Shown here: one piece after another, positions 48,546 to 56,659 of the stretch
Numbering within the stretch: position 1 is the first letter of the stretch
Layout of the letters: every line of letters starts with the position of its first letter
NCBI GenBank assembly: GCA_963808195.1
Contig: CAWEEW010000001.1
Span: 561,130 to 625,129 of the forward strand
Origin: an uncultured Acidobacteriaceae bacterium
GTDB taxonomy: Bacteria > Acidobacteriota > Terriglobia > Terriglobales > Acidobacteriaceae
Direction: 5' to 3'
DNA: 64,000 nucleotides
Notes under the pieces: generated by a model
Databases searched by the model: none
Seen by the model: only the letters and a program-made list of their open reading frames with translations
What the model was told of the DNA's origin: nothing
Made by a program: the position numbers and the translations under genes

Positions 48546-48702
48546 GCCAGTACCCAGTACCTAGTGCATAGCATCGTGCATAGCATCCGGTTTCTGGGTA
48601 TAGCTCTCATCAGGCCGGAATGATGGTTTTGATTTTCCCGGGCTAGGTACTCGGCGCTTGGCGCTTGGTACTGGCTACTGGGTACTGGGTACTGGGTACT
48701 GC
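48546..48702. repeat. Heptamer-built hairpin B: left arm GCCAGTA CCCAGTA CCTAGTG CATAGCA TCGTGCA, right arm 8 in-register units TAGGTAC TCGGCGC TTGGCGC TTGGTAC TGGCTAC TGGGTAC x3
   Basis: Read directly; the right arm spans 48644-48699 in perfect 7-nt register. Also contains the 12-mer tandem GTGCATAGCATC x2. Confidence 0.8.
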
Positions 48703-48831
48703 ACCGGTGAGCCGATGCAGACTCTTAGCGAAAGATGTTAAAGATTGATGACAATCGTCCGGGAAATCCTTTATAGCTGTCATTGAAATTTGGAATTAGA
48801 CAGAGTCCGGGTAGTGTCCATATTCTTAACC

Positions 48832-49557
48832 ATGGACAGCGTATTATCGGTTGAGGACTCACATGTAGATTTGCTGCACGAAATTGGCACTCGTCTGGCC
48901 ACTGCGGATGGCTTCCACGAGGTGCTGGGTCGTGTGGTTGATTTCGCTTCCGCACTGGTAAAGTGCGATTCCTGCCTGATTTATGTTCTCGAGGGCGAAG
49001 ACCTCGTCCTGCGAGCTTCGAAAAGTCCGCATCCCGAAATTGTGGATCGGCTCAAACTCCGCGTTGGACAAGGCATTACGGGATGGGTGGCGGAACACCA
49101 CGAGCCGGTCGCGGTTTCCGAAAAAGCGGCGCTCGATCCCCGCTTCCAGTTTTTTCACGAATTGCCCGAGGATAGCTACGAAGCGTTTTTGTCGGTGCCC
49201 TTGATGTGCCGCGGGCGCGTCGTGGGCGTCATTAATCTGCAGCATCGCCAGCCTCACGTTTTTCGGCCGCGTGAAATTCGTCTGATCTCCACCATCGGAT
49301 TTCTGGTGGGCGCCGAGATCGAGATGGCGCGGCTGGAAGACGCAAACTCCAACCTGTGGGAACAGTTGCAAACTCGCAAAGTTGTGGAGCGCGCCAAAGG
49401 AATCCTGCAACGCGAGCTGGGGCTGAGCGAGGAACAAGCCTACCTCACGTTGCAACGGCAGAGCCGCCAAAAGCGCAAAGCGATGAAAGAAATTGCCGAA
49501 GCCATCGTGCTCAGCGACGAAGTGAAGGGCAACGCCCCCTCGCCGAAATTGACCTGA
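48832..49557 (+). CDS. GAF-ANTAR RNA-binding antiterminator-type regulator
   Basis: ORF from 48790 with ATG 48832. GAF domain (GQGITGWVAEHHEPV, VPLMCRGRVVGVINL), then ANTAR (VERAKGILQRELGLSEEQAYLTLQRQSRQKRKAMKEIAEAIV). Confidence 0.85.
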   Translation: MDSVLSVEDSHVDLLHEIGTRLATADGFHEVLGRVVDFASALVKCDSCLIYVLEGEDLVLRASKSPHPEIVDRLKLRVGQGITGWVAEHHEPVAVSEKAALDPRFQFFHELPEDSYEAFLSVPLMCRGRVVGVINLQHRQPHVFRPREIRLISTIGFLVGAEIEMARLEDANSNLWEQLQTRKVVERAKGILQRELGLSEEQAYLTLQRQSRQKRKAMKEIAEAIVLSDEVKGNAPSPKLT

Positions 49558-49610
49558 GGTGCGAGCGGTCGTCGAACGGCCGCGGTGCTCTTCTGTCCCG
49601 CTTTCAGCCG

Positions 49611-49694
49611 TTGGCAATTAGCAATTGGCAGTTAGCACATGCTGGTCACCAGATGCGAGTTGGCAGGTGCTAATGGCTAACTGCTAATTGCTCG
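49611..49694. repeat. Heptamer-built hairpin C: TTGGCAA TTAGCAA TTGGCAG TTAGCAC ... GTGCTAA TGGCTAA CTGCTAA TTGCTCG
   Basis: Four in-register 7-nt units per arm with complementary arms. The unit sequence differs from hairpins A and B. Confidence 0.8.
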
Positions 49695-49785
49695 CTGCAC
49701 TGCGGCCCGCGCCGCCAGCGATCTCTCCCCAAATCAAACCGAGAGCAGATTTGGGATCTGCTCTCGGTTCTTGGCAGCGGTCGAA

Positions 49786-50220
49786 CTAGCGGGCGGCGGA
49801 AAGGGTTGTGGGTGCGACCGTGTTTGCTACCTCGTGAGTCTCGGCCGGTACGGCAAAGTGCAGCGTCATTCCAAACTCAGGAAGCTGCAGGCTGCTGACA
49901 AAGTTTCCGCTCGGTCGTGAAACCACCACGAGCCGGCTGACATCGGAAGGATGCGAAACTTCCGTGTCGGTCACCAGCAGCATAAAGCCAGTTCCGTGGC
50001 CGCTCACATCCCGCACCATCAATAGTTCTGACGGCCCTTGGGTTCCCATGGTGAAGCGGTACTTTCCCGCCGGCACAATGGCATTCTGCCAATGCACCTC
50101 GTGGTCCAGAGTGAAGCTGCCGGCGGCCTCCTGAGCAGAAGCCAGGCTGGGCACGAAGTTCAATGCACTTACAGTCAAAACCGCAGCGTAGACATACTTG
50201 CGAATCGATTTCATTGGCAT
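49786..50220 (-). CDS. Secreted hypothetical protein
   Basis: 144-aa ORF with signal peptide (YAAVLTVSALNFVPSLASAQE). No family recognised. Confidence 0.55.
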   Translation of the reverse strand: MPMKSIRKYVYAAVLTVSALNFVPSLASAQEAAGSFTLDHEVHWQNAIVPAGKYRFTMGTQGPSELLMVRDVSGHGTGFMLLVTDTEVSHPSDVSRLVVVSRPSGNFVSSLQLPEFGMTLHFAVPAETHEVANTVAPTTLSAAR

Positions 50221-50678
50221 CTCCTGTTCTCTTTCTCTCTAAGCGAGGAAGAGCGTGTCTGAAGAGCACACTACCGGCGCAAAGCCAAGTGGCGTGGGCT
50301 CAGATTTGAGTGGAGAACTACAGGGTCAGGAGAATTGCAATACCGACATCGGGGCCGGCACGCAAACATCAGCTTCGTAACGTCGGCTGCAGAGCTGGCT
50401 TACGAAGTGGTTCCACTATGAAGCAAGTTCACGCCAGAGTCCAACGCAAAAAATCTATCGGACCTATCAGAGCGAAGTCGCAACTGCACGGCCTACACCG
50501 GCAGCCGACTCCTTCGTCAACGGTTAATATCTGTTCCCGTCCTTTCGATGACGCCACCCCGCCGTTGAAGTGAATTCTGAGCCGGTTGAGCACCGCGCGG
50601 TTGTCAATTCCATTCAAAAGAGAGAGACTGTTAATGCAATAGTGAGGTGGCATCTAACTGTCACCTAGGAGATTAAAC

Positions 50679-52205
50679 TTGTATCAAAAACGCCCCGGAG
50701 TTTTCATGGCCGATTGGTTTGACGCGGATGGTCGCCGTCATCGTAAGCAGTTTAAAAAAGCTGATGATGCAAAGAAACACGAACACCGCGAAGCCGCCTT
50801 GGCGCATGCTGTTCGTGCCAACCGAGAGCTGAAGTTATCCGGTGCAGCTGGTGGCAAAAGATCGGCTAGGTCAGAGACTGTAACTGCCACCAACGTCGAA
50901 ATTGCCCCAGCGAAAGGGAAGCTGGGCGTCATGATCCCCGGCATGGGTGCGGTCGCGACCACATTTGTGGCCGGTGTGGAGGCGATTCGCAAAGGGCTGG
51001 CGAAACCGATCGGCTCGCTGACTCAGATGGGCACGGTGCGCCTGGGCAAGCGCACGGATGGCCGCTCTCCGAAGATCAAGGAGTTTGTGCCGCTCGCCGG
51101 CCTTGACGACCTGGTCTTCACCGGCTGGGACATCTTCGAGGACAACATGTACGAAGCGGCCTCGAACGCCGGCGTGCTCGACCAGCGGCTGCTCGACCAG
51201 TTGAAGCCCTTTCTTTTGTCGGTCACGCCGCGCGCGGCGGTGTTCGATCACAACTATGTGAAAAAGATCGACGGGCCCAACGTGAAGAAGGGCAAAACGA
51301 AAATGGATTTGGCCGAACAATTACGCGACGACATTCGTGACTTCAAGAAGACCAGCGGCGCCAGCCGTTTGATCACGATGTGGTGCGGATCGACTGAGTC
51401 TTATATCGAAGCCGGAGAGGCCCACCAGTCCGTCAAGTCTTTTGAGAAGGCGCTGCGCGCGAATGATGACATGATCGCACCCTCGATGGTCTATGCCTAT
51501 GCGTCGCTGATGGAAGGCGTGCCATTTGCAAATGGCGCGCCGAATCTGACCGTCGATCTGCCTGTGATGCTCGAACTCTCGAGGCAGAACGAAGCTCCCG
51601 TCTGCGGCAAGGATTTCAAAACTGGACAGACTTTGATGAAGACCATCCTCGCCCCCGGCTTTAAAGCACGAATGCTGGGGCTGAATGGATGGTTCTCAAC
51701 CAACATCCTCGGCAACCGCGACGGCGAAGTGCTCGACGACCCGGGGTCTTTTAAAACCAAGGAAGAGTCGAAGCTTTCGGTGCTCGAACACATTCTGCAG
51801 CCGGAACTTTATCCTGAGCTTTACGGCGATATGTATCACAAAGTTCGCATCAACTACTATCCGCCGCGCGGCGATAACAAAGAAGGGTGGGACAACATCG
51901 ATATCTTCGGATGGCTGGGTTATCCCATGCAAATCAAAGTCGATTTTCTATGCCGCGATTCGATCCTGGCAGCGCCCATCGTCCTCGACTTAGTGTTGCT
52001 GATGGATCTGGCGAAGCGCTGCTCGGAGTTGAAGGGCCTCGGAATTCAAGAGTGGCTGAGCTTCTACTTCAAGTCTCCTATGACTGTGCCGGGCCTATAT
52101 CCCGAGCATGATTTATTTATTCAGCTCATGAAACTGAAAAATACGCTGCGGCATTTGAAGGGGGAAGAACTGATCACGCATTTGGGGCTGGAGTATTACG
52201 ACTAG
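50679..52205 (+). CDS. ino1: Inositol-3-phosphate synthase with a foreign-looking (integrase-like) N-terminal extension of roughly 80 codons
   Basis: The core from about 50919 (KLGVMIPGMGAVATTFVAGVEAIRKG...GWDIFEDN...NGAPN...CGKDFKTGQT...SKLSVLE) matches myo-inositol-1-phosphate synthase. The ORF opens at TTG 50679 or ATG 50706. See findings. Confidence 0.85.
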   Translation: MYQKRPGVFMADWFDADGRRHRKQFKKADDAKKHEHREAALAHAVRANRELKLSGAAGGKRSARSETVTATNVEIAPAKGKLGVMIPGMGAVATTFVAGVEAIRKGLAKPIGSLTQMGTVRLGKRTDGRSPKIKEFVPLAGLDDLVFTGWDIFEDNMYEAASNAGVLDQRLLDQLKPFLLSVTPRAAVFDHNYVKKIDGPNVKKGKTKMDLAEQLRDDIRDFKKTSGASRLITMWCGSTESYIEAGEAHQSVKSFEKALRANDDMIAPSMVYAYASLMEGVPFANGAPNLTVDLPVMLELSRQNEAPVCGKDFKTGQTLMKTILAPGFKARMLGLNGWFSTNILGNRDGEVLDDPGSFKTKEESKLSVLEHILQPELYPELYGDMYHKVRINYYPPRGDNKEGWDNIDIFGWLGYPMQIKVDFLCRDSILAAPIVLDLVLLMDLAKRCSELKGLGIQEWLSFYFKSPMTVPGLYPEHDLFIQLMKLKNTLRHLKGEELITHLGLEYYD

Positions 52206-52223
52206 TCTTGTGTGTCGGCGAGG

Positions 52224-52247
52224 CGCGCGCCGGAGATCTTCGGCGCG
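52224..52247 (+). terminator. GC hairpin after the synthase gene (GCGCGCCG-gagatctt-CGGCGCGC)
   Basis: 8-bp stem 19 nt after the stop. No U-tract. Confidence 0.35.
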
Positions 52248-52314
52248 CTGATCGCCGTTGTCCCTCGGGTAAGTTACCTAGTATAAATTTCCTCGGAAAA
52301 ATCGAGCCTCGGCC

Positions 52315-52342
52315 TTGACTCCGTCCTCACGCGTTCTATCAT
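52315..52342 (+). promoter_or_regulatory. Sigma70-like promoter candidate TTGACT-16 nt-TATCAT
   Basis: Read directly, about 70 nt upstream of the 79-codon ORF. Confidence 0.3.
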
Positions 52343-52414
52343 GAAGGTAACGCTCCTCCCTAGGGTAGGGGACAACCCAACCAATAACCGTAGTTCAAAG
52401 TGGAGGAAGTCCCC

Positions 52415-52654
52415 ATGAAATTAAATGACAGCATTTCAACCTATGACGTTGCCGAAGCTTTACAGGGCGAGACCGGCAAATTTGAAGTAACCAGCCCCAA
52501 TGGAGAACGCTATTTCGTTACGTGTCAGCCGGGTCACTCTATCGTCAGTTTGGAGTGGGCCGGAACTGAGCCAAACCTGCAACCCTTCCTCGTACGCAAA
52601 GTAGCCCAACCCATTGCGACGGAGGGTCGCTCCAAGAGATCCGCGGCTGCCTGA
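52415..52654 (+). CDS. Hypothetical small protein
   Basis: ORF 52400 (GTG). ATG 52415 is preceded by GGAGGAAG. 79 aa, MKLNDSISTYDVAEALQGETGKFEV... No family recognised. Confidence 0.45.
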   Translation: MKLNDSISTYDVAEALQGETGKFEVTSPNGERYFVTCQPGHSIVSLEWAGTEPNLQPFLVRKVAQPIATEGRSKRSAAA

Positions 52655-52677
52655 TTTTCCGGCGCCTCAATAAAACA

Positions 52678-52702
52678 AGCCCAGCCCCGATCAGGCTGGG
52701 CT
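52678..52702. terminator. Bidirectional rho-independent terminator AGCCCAGCC-ccgatca-GGCTGGGCT flanked by T-runs on both strands
   Basis: 9-bp stem. TTCTTTTC lies downstream on the plus strand and TGTTTTATT on the minus strand. It sits between the convergent small ORF and vapC. Confidence 0.7.
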
Positions 52703-52712
52703 TTCTTTTCCC

Positions 52713-53102
52713 TTACCAAACCGTCCTGAGCAGCGGGCTTTTGCGGATTCTCTCGTCGTGAGTGACTAGAGTCAAACCCTCCGCGCGGGCTGTGCCGCCG
52801 ATGATGCGGTCGGCGGGGTCGCCGGAATAATCGGGCGGGAATTGAGCAGCCAGTGTGGCGATCTCTGGGGTGATTGGGAGCACGGTGACGCCTTCGATCA
52901 GCAGATTGAGCGAGGATTCAAGCGTGCCGTAACGGCGAATGCGTCCGCGTGCCAGCATGGACGCGAGTTCCCAGATGCTGATTGCAGAAATTGCGATCCC
53001 GCCATTTCGCCGGGCACGGCGGATGGCGGATGCTGCGGGGCGGGAAAGGGACTTCGAATTGTCTATCGCCCAAAACAAGGCGTGCGTGTCCAGTAGAATC
53101 AA
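52713..53102 (-). CDS. vapC: Type II toxin, PIN-domain VapC family
   Basis: MILLDTHALFWAIDN..., SAISIWELASM and LVTHDERI are PIN/VapC signatures. 4-nt overlap with the antitoxin gene. Confidence 0.85.
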   Translation of the reverse strand: MILLDTHALFWAIDNSKSLSRPAASAIRRARRNGGIAISAISIWELASMLARGRIRRYGTLESSLNLLIEGVTVLPITPEIATLAAQFPPDYSGDPADRIIGGTARAEGLTLVTHDERIRKSPLLRTVW

Positions 53103-53326
53103 AACGCGGATTCCCAGCTCTCGGGCGGGTCCGCATCGAGGTCGCCAACCACTTCAAACACACCCTTCAATCTACCGATAAACTCGTCTTTTGGTTCGTC
53201 GAGGGGAACCAGTTTCGCGATCGGTTTGCCGCGTTTCGTAATCACTATCGGCCGCCTGGTCGAGCGTACGTCTTCCATCAGAGTAAGGCACCGGGCCTTG
53301 AAGATTGCCGCGGAGATTTCCTTCAT
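53099..53326 (-). CDS. Type II antitoxin, Phd/YefM family
   Basis: MKEISAAIFKARCLTLMEDVRSTRRPIVITKRGKPIAKLVPL is the classic Phd/YefM N-terminus. An alternative GTG start lies at 53332. Confidence 0.85.
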   Translation of the reverse strand: MKEISAAIFKARCLTLMEDVRSTRRPIVITKRGKPIAKLVPLDEPKDEFIGRLKGVFEVVGDLDADPPESWESAF

Positions 53327-53374
53327 AGACACATTATAGCAGCCATGGTCAAGTCGAAATGACCACGTTGTTTG

Positions 53375-53430
53375 TCAAGCATTCTTCCCCCGCTTGTACT
53401 CGTCGAACTTCGCCAGGAATTCTCTCTTCC
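53375..53430 (-). repeat. Stub copy of the aminotransferase gene 3' end (reads FGKREFLAKFDEYKRGKNA*)
   Basis: cccgcttgtactcgtcgaacttcgccaggaattc... aligns by eye with 55141-55180 and 56671-56712. It starts 14 nt after the BNR gene stop. Confidence 0.6.
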
Positions 53431-53443
53431 CAAAGGAAAAAAC

Positions 53444-54993
53444 CTATTCGACCGTCACCCTTAGAAAGATGGGGTCGATTTTATGAAACGGCCTCCCGAA
53501 TGGTTGACCGTCTCCGGAAAAAACGCCGTAGAAGGTTTGACCTACACTTTTCAGTTGCTGGTAATCGCCGAGAGGGCGCGGACCAGCGTTGCCGCTCGAC
53601 TTTCCTGGAAAGAGAAACCTTTGCAGCCGAACGGTTTGAAAAGTGGCGCCTCGATTCCGGCTGACTGCTAAGTAAACCGAAAAGAATGGCTTCGAAGTAT
53701 CTTTATCCAGGGCATCGGCCGTGTCGTACAGGACTCCCACAGCTCCGTTGTCGGTCACTGCGACAGCGGGAAGCGCCGATTGATGTTCCGGACCGCTGAC
53801 ATATTGTGGAGCGCCGGGTACCATCGAGCCATTGCCTTGGTTAACGACCCGCACAATGCCGATCCGATCCCGTCCAGCGCTTTGATCGAACTTGCCAAAG
53901 GCGACATAGACGTCGCCTGTCCCGGATCGACAGCCAGGGCATCCACCCCGCCACGAAGAACGTTGACTCCTCCCAGGATGGTGCCGGGTTCGATTTCGCC
54001 GAAACTGTAAGTGTAGATATCCTGATGACTACACGCTTCCGCCACTTGGATTCCGTTCGGATTACCATTCAAACCCCACGTACGGCCGCCATCCAGCGAG
54101 CGATTCAAAACATAGCTGACCGCAGAGGCGCGCGGACACTCCAGCGAAGCCCTGGTCTGGTGAAGGCTGTAAATCGCTCCGGATCGCTGGTCCACGGCGA
54201 CTCGTTGCGCGGCATTGCCGCCAAAAGTCTCAACCGAACCGGTTGACTTATCGATGGTAAAGTCGGGAGGAACTTTTGCTTCGGCCACGGCGACCTGCAT
54301 GGCGGTCGACTGGTAGCCGACATAAACGTTGTCGATTTGGGGATGGTGCAGACTTTTGTTGACAGCAAGCCAGGGCTGATCGGGGGCGGTGTGCTGGTTC
54401 GTAGGTTTCGTTTTCCCGTCGACGACTAACCAGCCCCAAGCCTCGCTTTTTCCGGGATCATTCGTCGCTCCGCTAACAATCGTGCCTTCTGCCTTCGTGT
54501 TCTGCGTTCCTTCATCTGAGCTGCAATTCGCTCCTTCTCCATTTCCACTCAGCAGGAAGGTTCCGTAGAGCACGCCGCGGCGGTCGTAATCGAATGTCTC
54601 ATCACACGGCGATTCCTGGACAAGCCCTCCGTCGACGCCCGGAGGGGCGGGGATGGAGAATTCTTTCGTCCACAAATTGCCGTCGTCGCGCGTGTACCAG
54701 AGGGGAGCATTTTGAAATTGACCGTTCGGCGACTTGCTCCAGGCTCCGGAAAACGCCGAAATAACAATCCTGCGCGGGTCGGCGGGATTGATGGCGATCC
54801 CCGGCTCCGCGTTGAAGAATTTGTCTGTGTTCCTCAGATCGCGATCAGTGTTGCTCACCACAACATCGGCCAGAAACACGTTGGGGAAGCGCGCCCGGCC
54901 AGCAGACTTCACCGAAGTATCGGCGCTCTGGTTGGCAACGAATAGCAAACTCGCGGTTAGCAGGAGGGCTCCGCCGATTACGGGGTACTTCAT
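53444..54993 (-). pseudogene. Secreted BNR/sialidase-like beta-propeller protein, reading frame broken by a 1-nt shift near 53918-53926
   Basis: ORFs 53755..55008 and 53444..53854 overlap in different frames. Joined, they read ...GGVDALAVDP/GTGDVYVAFGKFDQSAGRDRIGIVRVVNQGNG.... BNR-like SxDxGxTW motifs are present (TRDDGNLWT, SLDGGRTWG, SRNRGATFQ). Signal peptide from ATG 54993. Confidence 0.7.
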
Positions 54994-55123
54994 GGTGGGT
55001 AACTCCAAATCGGCGGAACTATAGCATAGATTCGAAAACTTGCGCCGATTTTAGCGGGTGGTGATGCAGTTCCGAACAAGCATTTTTGCTGAGCTTCCGG
55101 CCCTTTTGGAGCTGGCAGGCGGC

Positions 55124-55235
55124 TTACGCCAGCTTCTTCTCCCGCTTGTACTCGTCAAACTTCCAGGAATCTGTCAATATCCTTCTTCTGCAAGTAGTAC
55201 GGCGTCGATAGCCGCAGCTTGTTGGTGGTCTGCGA
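55124..55235 (-). pseudogene. Relic copy of the last ~35 codons of the aminotransferase gene
   Basis: About 90% identical by eye to 56660-56766. A 2-nt deletion breaks the frame. The tail reads KFDEYKREKKLA*. Confidence 0.75.
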
Positions 55236-55385
55236 CTCGGGATTCGGGAGTGGTGAGCTTTTACTTCAAAGTCTCCCATGACTGTGCCGGGGCTGTATCT
55301 CGAGCATGATTTATTTATACAGCTGATGAACACGCTGCGGCATTTTAAAGGCGAGGAACTGATCACGCAACTTGGGTTGGAATAG
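55236..55385 (+). pseudogene. Relic copy of the last ~55 codons of the inositol-3-phosphate synthase gene
   Basis: About 85% identical by eye to 52036-52205. It has a 1-nt insertion (ttcaaagtc vs ttcaagtc), a 9-nt deletion and a different stop. Confidence 0.75.
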
Positions 55386-55441
55386 TAAGACTCGATCAAT
55401 CTCCGAAGAACGTGCATCGTCAGCTGCTTGTCGAAGGATTT

Positions 55442-56581
55442 TCACGGATACTTCACCCAGGGTTCATCGCTTCCTACGGGCGGCAAGTTTTTCAGATTCT
55501 CGGGACGGTAGTCCAGCCGCTTTTCCCATCGAATCCGCACTGTCTGGTGAATCTGGGGATTTGCCGGAAGCGTACGCGGACTGCCCATGGGCACGGACCA
55601 CTTGTACGTCTTCGTGTTGAAGTCGTAGGACTTGTGAGGTAAATACTCAAGGATCCACCATAGTCCTTTCAGAGAAACGTTCAGATCGGCAACGGGATTG
55701 GGCGCATAACGCGGATCGGGATACGAAAGAACGGAATGTACCCGATCGGGATGAAGCAGTAGCCCCCTGCTTTCAGCTTCCACCAGCATCCACTCTAAAG
55801 CGATTTGCGACAGCCCGCTTTTTTCCGGTGCATAGCTTCCTCCAACGTCGGAGTGAACGCCTGCGAACCAGACCTGTTTAAAATCCTGGGTGATTGGGCT
55901 GAGCGTTCCGTCGCCCAAATCGTCACCCGTACACAGCCGTGTGAACGAGTTTTGCCGGAAGAAGATTCTTCTCTCATCGATGGACTGAGCATGACGGACA
56001 TTCGCGATGATGGGATTTCGGGCAGTGTATGGCAGCCGTACCGGCTCGGTGATCCATCCCACGGAACTCACGGTGTCCCACAGACCGGCAAAATGAATAA
56101 AGCAGCGGCGCGAAAAGGTCTCCTGAAACTGCCGGGCTTCGTCCAGCAAGGCAAGATGGTTTTCATTGTGCCGCCTTTGGAACATTCGGAGAACATAAGG
56201 AATTTGAGACTCATTGCCAGGGCAGAGCAGACCAAACATTTTCAGCAGGCTAGCCAGGGCCCGCGCCGTGTAAGCGCCACGGCTAAATCCGAAGAGGAAC
56301 ACGCGAGCGTCTTCTTCGTAGGTTTGCATCAAGTACTGATACGCTCGGCCGACATCCTCAAAAAGACCGCCGCCAAAAGCCAAACCTATGACGCGCGACC
56401 ACTCCTTTTCCCACCAGGTGCGGGCGTTGGGCGCCCCCATTGTTCCCACGCCCGGATGGTAGTAGGCAACCTGCTCTCGGTTGACTACCAGGGTACTGTA
56501 AAGCTTCACCACATTAGAGTTACGACTCGGATCAAATTCGTTTCCCGTTCCGTCGCAGCAGATGACGATGTTTTTTGACAT
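55442..56581 (-). CDS. DUF2235 alpha/beta hydrolase (Tle1-like phospholipase fold)
   Basis: MSKNIVICCDGTGNEF..., YHPGVGT, FGFSRGAYTARALASLL and GVHSDVGG are signatures I associate with DUF2235/T6SS Tle1. Confidence 0.8.
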   Translation of the reverse strand: MSKNIVICCDGTGNEFDPSRNSNVVKLYSTLVVNREQVAYYHPGVGTMGAPNARTWWEKEWSRVIGLAFGGGLFEDVGRAYQYLMQTYEEDARVFLFGFSRGAYTARALASLLKMFGLLCPGNESQIPYVLRMFQRRHNENHLALLDEARQFQETFSRRCFIHFAGLWDTVSSVGWITEPVRLPYTARNPIIANVRHAQSIDERRIFFRQNSFTRLCTGDDLGDGTLSPITQDFKQVWFAGVHSDVGGSYAPEKSGLSQIALEWMLVEAESRGLLLHPDRVHSVLSYPDPRYAPNPVADLNVSLKGLWWILEYLPHKSYDFNTKTYKWSVPMGSPRTLPANPQIHQTVRIRWEKRLDYRPENLKNLPPVGSDEPWVKYP

Positions 56582-56659
56582 ATTCGGTTCTTGAAGCGTG
56601 CCGTTTCATGCTAATGGAGCACGCTTGATCCACCAAAGGTCTAGCCATGTGAAGGACCA

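Noticed and set aside
48546-48702. Possible CRISPR array
   Set aside because: The repeat unit is only 7 nt, units are contiguous without spacers, and the two blocks are inverted. No cas genes are present in the window.
48859-49617. 252-aa minus-strand ORF
   Set aside because: It lies antisense to the GAF-ANTAR gene, which has clear domain signatures.
53333-53352. TATAAT and TTGACC hexamers upstream of the antitoxin gene
   Set aside because: The spacer is only 8 nt, which is incompatible with a sigma70 promoter. TATAAT alone may still serve as a -10 box, but that is unsupported.
55124-55417. 97-aa minus-strand ORF
   Set aside because: It is assembled from the two decayed 3'-end relics (aminotransferase relic in a shifted frame, plus antisense of the synthase relic). 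It is not a gene.
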